Positions 1-11,897 of a DNA stretch of 38,945 nt are shown here, piece after piece. Source of the stretch: Octopus bimaculoides (lineage: Eukaryota); contig NC_068982.1 of NCBI RefSeq assembly GCF_001194135.2, positions 134,816,036-134,854,980 of the forward strand, written 5' to 3'. The translations under genes and the position numbers were made by a program. Below the pieces are notes generated by a model. The model had not been told where the DNA came from and ran no database searches. It worked only from the letters and a program-made list of their open reading frames with translations. Within the stretch, counting starts at the first letter, position 1; the number at the start of each line of letters is the position of its first letter.

Positions 1-70
<70 letters not shown>

Positions 71-260
71 TTATATATATATATATATTTATATATATAT
101 GTATGCATACATATAATGCAGCTATAATAATGCACACATCTAATGTACACACACATGCATACATATCTATGCTATGTACCTGTCTGTCTATCTGTCTGTC
201 TGTCTGTGTTTGCCTGTCTTTATGTGTGTGTGTGTGTTTATGTGTGTGTGCGTGTGTGTA
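1..260. repeat. Compound microsatellite (AC)n/(AT)n/(TGTC)n/(TG)n
   Basis: Pure (AC)n at 1-60, AT-rich dinucleotide run to ~105, TGTC/TG runs ~180-260. Confidence 0.95.
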
Positions 261-629
261 TGTACAAAAAATCAGTATGTTATAGAAAGCAATAATAATG
301 AAGAGAGTGATCATTAATTATAAAACAACAATAGCGGAGATACTGAAATGTTATCCTAGTAATATTTGATTAGTCGTGATATTTAATTAGCACCGATACA
401 AAGGCTTAAAAAAAAAGACATACATAAGTACGTGTCCATTGTGTTGGCGTGTTAAACTCGTTTGTGATATTACAATTATCACATATGTTGGAGGTATAGA
501 TTTTGGGTCTGTGGATTGTGTTATGAGAACTGTCAATATCCTGATGGCGTGACATGTATTTGAGGAGGAATTCGGTCAGTATAATACATAATGTTTATGG
601 TAGCAATTGATATTCATTCAGGTTAATTT

Positions 630-870
630 TTAGATTTTGTCTTTGATCAGAATAGTTTCTTTTATCCACAAGTTACCAACATTACGGTCTGTGGCTTTGA
701 TAGTAACAAACAGATTCGTATCCATGTATTTTATAAAAGTATTTTCTTTATATACGACGGGTATGTGTTGAAATGCGCTTTGATTTGGACTTATAATGGC
801 TGAATAGTATTGCCGTTGTAACAGTCGTTGCATCTGGTGTCCTCTATACATGAGTTAAAATGGACAAACT
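630..870 (-). pseudogene. Degenerate GIY-YIG endonuclease remnant of a Penelope-like element
   Basis: Minus frames give CNDCYNGNTIQPL (cf. CxxCxxxYIGxTxRxL), then after a frameshift QSAFQH and LWIKETILIK (cf. SAxxxH and LxxKExxxI), in the expected order for a PLE endonuclease. Confidence 0.5.
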
Positions 871-1363
871 TTAAGGTGTGTTTCTCCTCTATCACAATGA
901 ACTGAATATTGATTGCTCTATAATGACGACGTACAAAGGTAGAAATAATTTGTTTATAGATATATGAGTCATACAAAATGTTAAATGAATTTACATTTAA
1001 TAATATGTGCATAAAAATTTTAGCCACTTCAGTGGAAAAACATGTTTCCTCTTCTAAAAAAGGGCTACTCAGTAAGCAAAGAAAGACCTATAAGAAATTA
1101 AAAAGGTCCCTAAATACATGTATATGTACATATATACGTATGTATATACATATATGGACAAATACTTATATATATTTATATCTATATCTATATGTATATA
1201 CGGCAGCTGATGATATGCTGTTCCTTGTTTATGTAGTGTGTCTCGTTCTTTCATAGTTGTCTCTGATTGTTGCCACGGTAGAATATTGTTAAAGAACTAT
1301 TTCCCCAGGAACCCTAGAAAAATACATCTGCTGAATTAACTTAGAGACTTACAATCTACTACA

Positions 1364-1382
1364 GTACACACACACACACACA

Positions 1383-1416
<34 letters not shown>
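1364..1416. repeat. (CA)n microsatellite
   Basis: Direct reading. Confidence 0.95.
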
Positions 1417-1421
<5 letters not shown>

Positions 1422-2241
1422 TTTCTCAATCAATCATATGAATACACGCCTGCACGTACGCACATGGTTCATTTAAGCAGAATATTTATGTCGCATCCTG
1501 CGTCTCGCGCTGCTGCTGTTTTCGGGCGAGAACCTTTATATTTCAATGTTGCTGTTCATTTCTACCAAATGTGTTGGTGTAACACCGTTTCCGTCTGCCG
1601 AGTAGTCTTTCTTTTGCATCCGTTGGTTGGCTGGTATTTTTGTGTTTCGTATCTGGTTGTACTTGTTAGGTTCCTAATGTTTATTTTCATTGAATATTTT
1701 GGCTAGGGAGTTGTTTTATGTGTTTGTATATTCTTTTAACCTTTATTTCTAGTGGGTTTATGGGAAATTTGTCTCATGCTGGTTACTGAATTTATCTGTT
1801 AATCTAATTAAGGGCTATATGTTCGTAAAGCATGTGTACTGTTCTCTTTAAGCATGTTTCCTTTTTCATTAGAAGACTTTCATTAAAAGATAAATTTGTT
1901 TTTGGGAGAATGTCTTGTATTTCATAGACACTGATAAAAACGATGACATCCAAATGCATCGAATAGTAAACATCCAAATATAAATAAGCCTATAATACTC
2001 CACATACACTCATACACTTGCACAGAGAGACATAAACACAAGCCCTGACAAAGAACAATTGACGACGACAACGAACTGAACCACGCACAGAGAAAAAAAA
2101 TTCAAACAATATATGAGACGTTTTGGTCCGCCTAATCGGCGCCGCTGATTTAACGCTGACTTGTTTGTCATTTTAATGTTTCTCTCATTCTTTTCGTCTC
2201 CTTCTCTCTGTTCCACTGTTTATGTTATGTTTGTATATGTG

Positions 2242-2417
2242 TGTTATATCGCACTTCTATACAGTGGCTGTGTGAGCTACGAAATCCTCGTCGCCACTGT
2301 TATATCACAATACTACACGGTGGCTGTGTGAGCTACAAAATCCTCGTCGCCACTGTTATATCGCAATACTACTGTATTGTGTCAGCATCTCATCTTCGTC
2401 GCCACTGTTATATCGCA
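2242..2417 (+). repeat. ~56-bp tandem repeat, about 3 units, with internal inverted repeat
   Basis: GTGGCTGTGTGAGCTAC at 2264 and 2320; GCCACTGTTATATC at 2293, 2349 and 2401; ACAGTGGC/GCCACTGT stem in unit 1. Confidence 0.9.
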
Positions 2418-3675
2418 CGTTCGGATGACCTCTACTCAATTACTTCGACGTCTAGACTTCTTCCACTATATCTACGTATTGGGCTAGCCTACTTCATCGT
2501 CTGGGGGCGTCGACACAACAATATGTGTGATATCTTTCTCTGTTTCCCTCTTTCTGTATGTGCATATCTCTGTGCGCGCGCGCCTCCAGTATCAAAACGT
2601 ACAGTCACCAAAACGGGTTTAATTTTCAGTCACCGTTGCCAAATCGTCAGTGTTAAAAGCTCCTGCCAAATCTGTAATGGAGAACAAAATATTTTCCCCG
2701 AAGATAAAAGTTTCAGTAAATATATTTTTCTAATGAAGGAAACACATTAATAAAATACAATAACCTGCTTCCATTCTTAAGTAATTCAGAATGATTTTAA
2801 CACGCACATTTAGCAAATAAGCAAATTAATGAATTGAGCAATTTCCCCTTTAAGCCCTGTTGGAATAAGCAATGAGACTCCCTCCACCCTAATAAAGAAA
2901 ACAACAAAAAACAAAGATATCTCCCAACACACACTTAAAAAAAACCCTATTCAACTGAATTAAACTTTAGGTTACAAAACAAGACATTCAATCAAGAGAA
3001 GAACCAAGAGAAGACAGTTAATCAAATAAGAAGCAAGCAAAATCAATTAACAGAAACAACTTATCCCCTACCAACGGTTATAAATAAACTCTCACAAAGC
3101 GTTGTAACTGTTCTCGCCTGAAGATTGCTGCAGCATAAGTCGTGAGAAACGTGTTTAGTTTAAATAAACAAAACATTTTAAGTGTAGTAAGTACTCTTTT
3201 CCTTATTCGTTCGACATAAATCTTTAAATATAAATATACGCGTGCATACTCTCTTCCCCTCTCCCTATATATACATATATGTATACACACATATATTTGT
3301 CAACATATTTCAATACGGAGCAAATAATTCAGGAAAAAATATTTGCGAAGATATTATTGACCCTATTATTATCTGTTGTAACAATTCAAAAATGATAATG
3401 ACAGAATCAATAATATAGACGATTGCAGGCCCCCCCCACTCAAAAAGCATTAAATAGCTGAAGGATTAGAATTAACCAAAGGACATACTAAGTATGTCTA
3501 CCTACTAGAAATAACAGTCAAAACTCTTATTTAAATCACCAAAGTACACTGATAATAACTACAGAAATCAACCATCCAAAGGCAAATGGGCTAAGGTAAT
3601 CTCTCAGCATACATTCAAGTATTAAATGACTAACGTGGGCTGGTTTCTGGACTGGCATTACAGTTGCACCTTCCT

Positions 3676-3684
3676 CTATCTATG

Positions 3685-3719
<35 letters not shown>

Positions 3720-3729
3720 TTATCTATCT
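3676..3729. repeat. (TATC)n microsatellite
   Basis: Direct reading. Confidence 0.9.
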
Positions 3730-3787
3730 GTGTGTGAATATGCATACATACACACACATAAACATATATGCACACCCATATATATAT

Positions 3788-4193
3788 AGGCGCAGGAGTG
3801 GCTGTGTGTTAAGTAGCTTGCTTACCAACCACATGGTTCCGGGTTCAGTCCCACTGCGTGGCACCTTGAGCAAGTGTCTTCTACTATTGCCTTGGGCCGA
3901 CCAAAGCCTTGTGAGTGGATTTGGTAGACGGAAACTGAAAGAAGCCCGTCGTATATACGTATATGTATATATATATATATATATGTGTGTGTTTGTGTGT
4001 CTGTGTTTGTTCCCCCAACATCGCTTGACAACCGATGCTGGTGTATTTACATCCCCGTAAACTAGCGGTTCGGCAAAAGAGAACGATAAATTAAGTACTA
4101 GGCTTACAAATAATAAGTCCTGGAGTCGATTTTCTTGACTAAAGGCGGTGCTCCAGCATGGCCGCAGTCAAATTACTGAAACAAGTAAAAGAG
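3788..4193 (+). mobile_element. tRNA-derived SINE family A (CORE-like domain), full length
   Basis: Head AGGCGCAGGAGTGGCTGTGTG with B-box-like GGTTCAGTCCC, CORE-like ACCTTGAGCAAGTGTCTT, internal TA/TG microsatellite, tail GGCGGTGCTCCAGCATGGCCGCAGTC..CTGAAAC; homologous copies elsewhere in the window. Confidence 0.9.
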
Positions 4194-4994
4194 TATATAT
4201 TTATATATATATATATATATGTAACATGAGGAATTGCGCACGCATTCACACACGCATATATTTCCTCACGTCATAAGTACTAAGATTCTGACATTTAAAG
4301 TTTAAAATTCAATTGTTGATAAAGTATACCATAAAGATAAATCTAAAGTAAAACATAATATGAAACTGTAAAGCAACTATGTAGTTTGGAATGAAAAGAG
4401 AAATAAACAATAAAAACATGTAGCATCGTATAAGAAAAAGGCGAAAATTTGAAAGGGAAAAATATTGGCGAGGTGAAAAAAAAAATGCCAACAGAATTGA
4501 AAAAGAAACAGAAAGAAGAGTTGAATACAGAAAACAGACACTGTTGCTATATATCTCTGGAAGCACTACCATTATAATGCATACACGATTTAGATACTGA
4601 ATAGATAAAAATTTGAAAACAGCGTAGGGAAGAGAAGGGAAGTAAATATTTTAGTATACAGTTTGAAGAATAGAGAGGAGGAAAGAAAACACGTACAAAT
4701 TGAAGGGAAATAAACTCGTACGTTTATATGCAAGCTATCAAAAGAAATAAGCCGAAGTATAAGATGGTGGAGAAAGAGAAAAAATGAAGAAACGAAAAAG
4801 AAGACTGAAATGATAGAAATGTTTGTACTATGGAAATAGTTGCTCAATACTTAAATAATACAACAAAATACTATAGGAAACAACTTCAAGTTCTTTTTCT
4901 CATTTGAATAAAAAAAAATTCTTGTTTACTAAACTGTCTACAATTTTCTGATGATATTCCTTTGACTACAGTTCGCTTACAAAACGTGTTTGAT

Positions 4995-5260
4995 GTAAAG
5001 ATAGAAGAGTTAGGAAGGTGAACTCCTAAATATATGGAGTTCAAGGACTTTCGAAGAATTTCAAAGAAAATTCCACCTATGGAAAGAACAATCTATTCAA
5101 CGTGCGTATTAGATAAAACTGGTGGCGGCATTACGAAAAGAGTTCATTTCTAGAATTTATTAAACTGAATAGAGAGACATCGAAGAAAGACAAGAAGAAA
5201 GACTTAAGTTGTAGGATCTGCTGAACAACCTGCACAAACGATTTGTTTATAGTGATCAAA
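4995..5260 (+). pseudogene. Possible gag-like retrotransposon relic
   Basis: One frame with stops reads FEEFQRKFHLWKEQS...KLVAAL...LLNNLHKRF, reminiscent of LTR-retrotransposon gag N-termini; pattern recognition only. Confidence 0.25.
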
Positions 5261-6828
5261 TATTTGTACTGTACATTAGTGCACTCTCTCCATCAAATGG
5301 AGACTGTCTGCTCAGATGCACAGTATGCCACATATTAGTTGTCAAAATAATTGCAACGCGACTTGAAATCAAGTGTTTTGCTCAAATACACAATGCCCTG
5401 CCCAGTCCTGGAATCGAAACCACGATCTTGCGCGCTTGGGTGCAACATCCTAAGCTGTAGACCACCCGCCTCCACAGCATAATCTAGAATGTCTAAAATT
5501 TTCAGGATGTCGCAGAAAAACCTCCTATTCGTCGTGAGATGGAAAACTTCAGAAATTGAGTGCAACAGGGTATCACCATTAAAGGCTGCCTTTTGGAGGA
5601 AATCATTTTCCGATCCAAATGAAATAAATTATATCCCTTCACGTTAACTTTATTATAATATTATTTCAATAACATTTACCTTCGTCTCTTTGAAGTGTTT
5701 TTGTTGCACCTTGTTGTTGAGAAAAATCGACTATTAGTGTTAATATTCNNNNNNNNNNNNNNNNNNNNNNNNNNNNNNNNNNNNNNNNNNNNNNNNNNNN
5801 NNNNNNNNNNNNNNNNNNNNNNNNNNNNNNNNNNNNNNNNNNNNNNNNNNNNNNNNNNNNNNNNNNNNNNNNNNNNNNNNNNNNNNNNNNNNNNNNNNNN
5901 NNNNNNNNNNNNNNNNNNNNNNNNNNNNNNNNNNNNNNNNNNNNNNNNNNNNNNNNNNNNNNNNNNNNNNNNNNNNNNNNNNNNNNNNNNNNNNNNNNNN
6001 NNNNNNNNNNNNNNNNNNNNNNNNNNNNNNNNNNNNNNNNNNNNNNNNNNNNNNNNNNNNNNNNNNNNNNNNNNNNNNNNNNNNNNNNNNNNNNNNNNNN
6101 NNNNNNNNNNNNNNNNNNNNNNNNNNNNNNNNNNNNNNNNNNNNNNNNNNNNNNNNNNNNNNNNNNNNNNNNNNNNNNNNNNNNNNNNNNNNNNNNNNNN
6201 NNNNNNNNNNNNNNNNNNNNNNNNNNNNNNNNNNNNNNNNNNNNNNNNNNNNNNNNNNNNNNNNNNNNNNNNNNNNNNNNNNNNNNNNNNNNNNNNNNNN
6301 NNNNNNNNNNNNNNNNNNNNNNNNNNNNNNNNNNNNNAAATATTTGTACTGTACATTAGTGCACTCTCTCCATCAAATGGAGACTGTCTGCTCAGATGCA
6401 CAGTATGCCACATATTAGTTGTCAAAATAATTGCAACGCGACTTGAAATCAAGTGTTTTGCTCAAATACACAATGCCCTGCCCAGTCCTGGAATCGAAAC
6501 CACGATCTTGCGCGCTTGGGTGCAACATCCTAAGCTGTAGACCACCCGCCTCCACAGCATAATCTAGAATGTCTAAAATTTTCAGGATGTCGCAGAAAAA
6601 CCTCCTATTCGTCGTGAGATGGAAAACTTCAGAAATTGAGTGCAACAGGGTATCACCATTAAAGGCTGCCTTTTGGAGGAAATCATTTTCCGATCCAAAT
6701 GAAATAAATTATATCCCTTCACGTTAACTTTATTATAATATTATTTCAATAACATTTACCTTCGTCTCTTTGAAGTGTTTTTGTTGCACCTTGTTGTTGA
6801 GAAAAATCGACTATTAGTGTTAATATTC
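5258..6828. other. 491-bp identical duplication (5258-5748 = 6338-6828) flanking an N-gap; probable contig overlap
   Basis: The sequence before the gap 5749-6337 is repeated identically right after it. Confidence 0.85.
5370..5473 (-). mobile_element. Diverged tRNA-derived SINE head related to family B (repeated at 6450-6553)
   Basis: Minus strand GGAGGCGGGTGGTCTACAGCTTAGG...GATCGTGGTTTCGATTCC...GAGCAAAACAC matches the head at 29162. Confidence 0.7.
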
Positions 6829-7349
6829 ATGCCAAGAAATCGGTTTTTTCTATGTGCATATTTATATCCAAGCCCTTTCTTCGATTTGGGTTGAGTGTCG
6901 CAAGTACAAAAGGTACATTCGGAAAGTTTCGAAGTGAATGCACAAAAATGTGTACTGGTTGGCGTAAAAAATGCTAGAATTGTTTCGAGAATAACCTAAC
7001 AATGACATTTGCATGAAAACTATAATCAAGTTAGTGATAACAGAATTCAAGCAGTGAATATAAAAAGTCCTTAGTCAAACAAATAGGGCTATTCCGTGTT
7101 TGTTATATTCTTTCTTTATGTTTCTGATATATTTTATAGTTGCTCCCCTATAAATTCTATCGATTATCTACCTCTGATATATATATTTTCTAATTTATAT
7201 CTTATATTTCACTTAGGTAACTCTTCAATGAGTAAACTAACGATTGATTATAAAGATGTATTTATAGTTGGAAACTGCAGACATCCCCCACCCCCGCTAA
7301 CCGAAAACGTGAAACAAAATATAGTAATTCCGCCATTTTGAAATAGTTT

Positions 7350-7750
7350 ATCTTTTGTTTTTTATTTGTGCCAGTCATTGGACTGCAGCCACGCTGGGCA
7401 GCTCCTTGAAGGGTTTAGTCGAACAAATCTCCCCCAGTACTTATCTTTTAAACTCTGATACGTATTGTCAGTCTCTTATCCGAAATCGCGAAAGCACAGT
7501 GACATAAACAAACTAAAACTGGTTGTGAAACGGTGATGGGGACATAAAGATAATCACACACACGCGTGCACATACACACCCATACACGCGTGAGAGCACA
7601 CACGACGGGTTTCCACACACTTCTTGTCTTCCAAATTCTCTCTCAAGGCATTGGTTGGCCCAGGGTTGTAGAAGACATCCGAGGTGCCAGGTAATAAGAT
7701 TGAACCTCGAAATGATGGCAATGTAAAGCGAGTTTCTTAACCACACATTT
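7350..7750 (-). mobile_element. Old, diverged SINE family A copy
   Basis: Reverse complement shows tail (CAGTCATTGGACTGCAGCCACGCTGG), internal CA/TG run and CORE/head region (GTAGAAGACA..GAGGTGCCA..TTGAACC..CTTAACCACAC). Confidence 0.7.
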
Positions 7751-7783
7751 TTATCCAAAATGTTTAAGGAAATACTTCACAAC

Positions 7784-7975
7784 GGCGGCGCCATCTAGCA
7801 GAATCGTTAGTACGTCTGAAAAAATGCTTAGCGGAATTTCTTTCAGATCTGTACAGTCTGAGTTCAAATTCCACCGAGAACAACGTCACTTTTCATACCT
7901 CCGTAGTTTATAAAATAATATGTCAGCCAACTATTGTGGTCGATGTAACCGGCCACTCCTCTCACAAAAATTGCT
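7784..7975 (+). mobile_element. tRNA-derived SINE family C, diverged
   Basis: A-box-like TAGCAGAATCG, AAATGCTTAGCGG, B-box-like GAGTTCAAATTCC; homologous to 15677 and 38504. Confidence 0.8.
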
Positions 7976-8814
7976 TATCTTGATTCCTGCAATGGATCGT
8001 TGTCCCGTACAGAATGAATATTATGATCTTGTTTACGTGGACACCGGGTAACCAGCTTCATGAGGCCTAGAGTTAAAAATAATAATAATAGAAATATAAA
8101 TACTTCAGAAATCATATGAATCTATTCCTCCAATAATTACAATTGTTATAATTTCGACGATGGTGTCTATTTTTATATCGAATCTAAACATCCGAAGTAT
8201 TGATGATTAAAACCTATATTGGTTGAAATGAATAAACACAGGATGTTGAAGTGTTTCGTGTTCCAATAATTCATAAACACGCAGATATACCATTTAAAAA
8301 CAAATATTAATTTGTGTTTCTTTTCTCTCTTTGTGTTTCTTTTCTCATTAATACCAAATATTATCTTCAACAGCTTATAATAATTACAATGTATATTACA
8401 ATAGGAGCCATGTTTTTCTGTGCATCCCACTGTCCGTTCGTCTGTCCGTTCGTCTGTTCGTCTGTCGCATACTGTCTTCACATCAAGGTGATTTTTCAGG
8501 GATTTTATTTCGAGATTCGGAATAAAATACAGTGGATTTATGCAATTTATTAATTGAATTCACATATGCAATGTATGGGAAATAAGGTTTGTGTTAGCAG
8601 CATTACGACTCAATTGGATATCACACAAGAATATGAAGATCAGTTTTTCAACATTAGGTGATTTATATTTCGCCTAAGGATGTCAATATGAGAAAGGCAA
8701 AACGAAAGAGAAAATGGATTTAGCTCACTCAGTCCTGTCCAACTTCGTTTCCCAACTGTAATTTACATAAAGGCTAACCACATGAGTGCCGTTAGTTATC
8801 AAGATGCACGTCAC

Positions 8815-8842
8815 TGTGTGTGTGTGTGTGTGTGTGTGTGTG
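8815..8842. repeat. (TG)n microsatellite
   Basis: Direct reading. Confidence 0.95.
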
Positions 8843-8857
8843 CAATCAGATACTTAC

Positions 8858-8936
8858 CTATCACTAAGTCGGAGAAATATCTCAATGTCATACTGATTAT
8901 AGACAAGGCTCTCTATGGATCCAATGTCGGTGCTTG
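8858..8936 (-). CDS. Candidate 79-nt internal coding exon, product unrecognised
   Basis: Minus strand acceptor ATGTTTCAG| and consensus donor AG|GTAAGTAT; only one frame is open: STDIGSIESLVYNQYDIEIFLRLSD. Confidence 0.35.
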
Positions 8937-9237
8937 CTGAAACATTGAAGATATGAAGACGTAAGCGAAATCGTCAAATTCTGACATCATAATGAACATT
9001 TAAAATTCTCAAACGAAATATAGCGCAAAAGACCCTCAAATTCATTATCTCCCTTTAATTTTTTGTGTTGAAAAATTAGGATTAAAATGGCGTCGTATAA
9101 CTAACAGAAAAATTATGATTGAAATGACGTCATATTTCTAGTCAAAGTCATAAAACTTTGATGTGGTTTCTCGATCTGCGAGGAATATCAGTCAAGTCTC
9201 CTTCGAATCAACCCGAAAGGCACAGTGATGAAGACAG

Positions 9238-9542
9238 GTCGTTTTCCCATTGGTTGAAATAACTGCTTATGTTTGAATTCTGAAAATTAGTAAAAGAATA
9301 TTTTTATGCAATTTCAGTTCTTAAAAGTCAAGTTGAGCAGTTATAAAAACCCTGGATTTGGGGGAAAACTTTAGTGACGTGGATTCATTTAGACAACCAC
9401 AGACACTAAAGTTTACCCCCAATTCCAGGGTTTTTATAACTACTCAACTTGACTTTTAAGAATTGAAATTGCATAAAAATATTCTTTTACTAATTTTCCG
9501 AATTCAAATATGAGCAGTTATTTCAACCAATTGGAAAACGAC
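9238..9542. repeat. Foldback/MITE-like long inverted repeat
   Basis: Arms 9238-9376 and 9404-9542 (~139 bp, under ten mismatches by eye), 27-nt spacer. Confidence 0.95.
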
Positions 9543-10014
9543 AATCATATTTCCTCGGCAATACGACATTACGTCATATTGCCGGCTGTTATGAACTGGC
9601 GCCACGCTACATGAATGGCTGCACGTTACGTAACTATAGTACGATGTATTTTACAATGAGTTAAAAAAATATGAAATAAAATATATTAAAAGTAAACGAC
9701 TTTAGTTAAACAGTATTAAAAAAATTTTAAGCTTTAGGATAATAAGTTTCCTAACCAAAGAGTACCTAATATAACATCAGTTTTTCTGAAAATGACAATA
9801 ATGCTAAAGTTAAGTTTCCAAATCTCTCAAAATCTCTTTAGACTGAATATATTATATATTAAGATAGAATTTTAAATTGACAACCAATTTACATTTCGAA
9901 TTTTACCATCTTATTGCCAGTAAAGCGACAGGTATCAAACATGAAACTATGAATACAAACGTGGTGGAAAGTAGAGCGTTGTAATTCACAAATAGTTAAC
10001 AGACTAGTCTTGAC

Positions 10015-10250
10015 TGAGCATGGTAAAAAGCATTCCAGCTATGACCGCTTTGTCTAATTTTATTAATAATTTATTGTTTTATACAGTTGTATAAATGCTT
10101 TTAGTTCCAGGTCAGTCTTGACCAAATATGCTCAAAGATATTCCAGCCGTAATCACCTTGTCAGCATTCTGATATAATACATCTAAGACTACATTCAGTT
10201 TGTCTTTTAAGACGCTGTGTGTGGGAAGTTATGATTTGAGAACCATTAGG
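10015..10250. repeat. Old dispersed repeat family (related pieces at ~19790-19830, 27340-27520, 32860-33000, 35370-35520)
   Basis: Shared motifs CCAGGTCAG..GA..AAAG(C/AT)ATTCCAGC..TGACC and GATTTGA.GGAGATTT.GCTGCTATTTCT recur in these segments. Confidence 0.5.
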
Positions 10251-11556
10251 CTGAGGTGACTGAGGAGCGCCCCCATTGGCTTAAGTTTCTACATGCTTTA
10301 CAATTTAGTGAAATCATTTTGTGTCACAGAAGGTACAGACAAACAACAGAAAATGCAAATAACTGAAATATAGATATTTTCCAAACGGTCAGTCATAATG
10401 TCAGTATTAGTAAACAAGTTGACTAAATGTTGTTTAAATCGGGGTCCGGATATTGATTGACCAAATTTTATTGACCAGATAAAAGGAAAGTAATACAATA
10501 AAAAAAAGAACAAATACAGACATGAGAAGAAACCAGAACACTTTTCTTCTAAATAATTTTCTTATGTGTATACAAAATTTCTTATACGTTTTGGCATAAC
10601 ATTCGGTTGCCAAGAAAGATTGTATTTCTGTTTGGTGCTTGTGAAATATTTTTCAGTGTAGAAGTTATATAGAAAAAAATCGTCACATATATCGTCAACC
10701 GAAGTATGTTTACCCAAACAAAAGCATTGACAATATTGGCTATCGTTGGTTTGCTCAAATATAAAGCTCCTTTCTCAAGTATCTTCCTGCTTGCTTGGAT
10801 AGACAAAAGAAATTCGTCACTCTATTAAGTAGTAAATTCTACTTAATGTTACATTAATTCATCCCACCTGATAGTAAAATAATGAGGCTGTAGCTATCTT
10901 TCATCAAATTTATTTGATATATTGTTGATAATGAAAAAAAATTGAACTCAAGAGAAGCAACTTCCATGCGTTCGGTAGAATTCTTATCGCTGCCGAAACG
11001 AAGACAAAACTCATTACATTAATATGCTAAATATTTAAAGCACTTAAAACTTTAAATAAATCTTTCTGGTATAGATTGTGTTAATCACTACAGACGAGAA
11101 ATTTCAGTTCAGACAATTTACAGCTGCCGTGGATCGCAGGCAGTGCACATACGCCTTAAGTTTTATTTTTCCATCAGTGACTAAAAACTAGACAGTTTAG
11201 TGCGTATTTTGTTCTCGTGAATAATAATTAGTCGTTTTTTTTTCGATCCCCCCTGTGTAGCTCATCAGAAAATAAAATCACAGAATATTCTCTGTCACAG
11301 CAAGAAATAACAGAAGACGCGTTTTAATTAAGCAATGAATAAGGATTAACCATTACAATGCTGATAGGTTTTGAAAATTTTCATGGAAGTTTAAAATAGT
11401 GTCTATCCACTCTTATTTGTTTAAATTTCTGATTGAAAACCAGCTTGGATTTCATCCATCCATTCAATGCCGGAAAATTAGTAGACGTATAGAATGGTAG
11501 AAGATCAAGTTTGACTTGGTACGACATTGAAAGCGGATATTTATGTTCAAACCAGA

Positions 11557-11570
11557 GATAGAGAGAGAGA

Positions 11571-11658
<88 letters not shown>
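11557..11658. repeat. (GA)n microsatellite
   Basis: Direct reading. Confidence 0.97.
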
Positions 11659-11661
<3 letters not shown>

Positions 11662-11802
11662 GTATGCATGTATGTGTGTGTATATATATGTGTGTGAGAA
11701 CATGGAATAATTCTTTTTTTGGAATTGATTCTCTTAGTACATATAAAGGGATTTCAAAAACGAATATGTATACATATATATATAATGTATATATAAATTA
11801 CA

Positions 11803-11897
11803 AGAGTTACGGAATGGAGTAGATAAGATCCTGGCTACATATGTTTCATAGCGAACGGAACCTCAGAGGTGGTAAATATCCAAGCGAGGTGTATACC
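11803..11897 (-). repeat. Inverted partial pLTR carrying the 3' half of a hammerhead ribozyme
   Basis: Reverse complement GGTATACACCTCG...GCTATGAAACATATGTAGCCAGGATCTTATCTACTCCATTCC aligns with 23326-23411; its first ~40 nt also align with 14610-14651. Confidence 0.9.

Noticed and set aside
2242-2417. Tandem repeat as a CRISPR array
   Set aside because: No unique spacers, no cas genes, eukaryotic context.
5258-6828. 491-bp tandem duplication
   Set aside because: Identical copies abut both sides of an N-gap, typical of unmerged contig overlap.
8850-8859. ATACTTACCT as a U1 snRNA 5' end
   Set aside because: No U1 body follows; better explained as the reverse complement of a splice donor.
11230-11275. 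Minus-strand CTGATGAG...CGAAA as a hammerhead (also lone CTGATGA at ~1207, ~4928, ~15085)
   Set aside because: No stem I-III pairing or NUH triplet in register; expected by chance.
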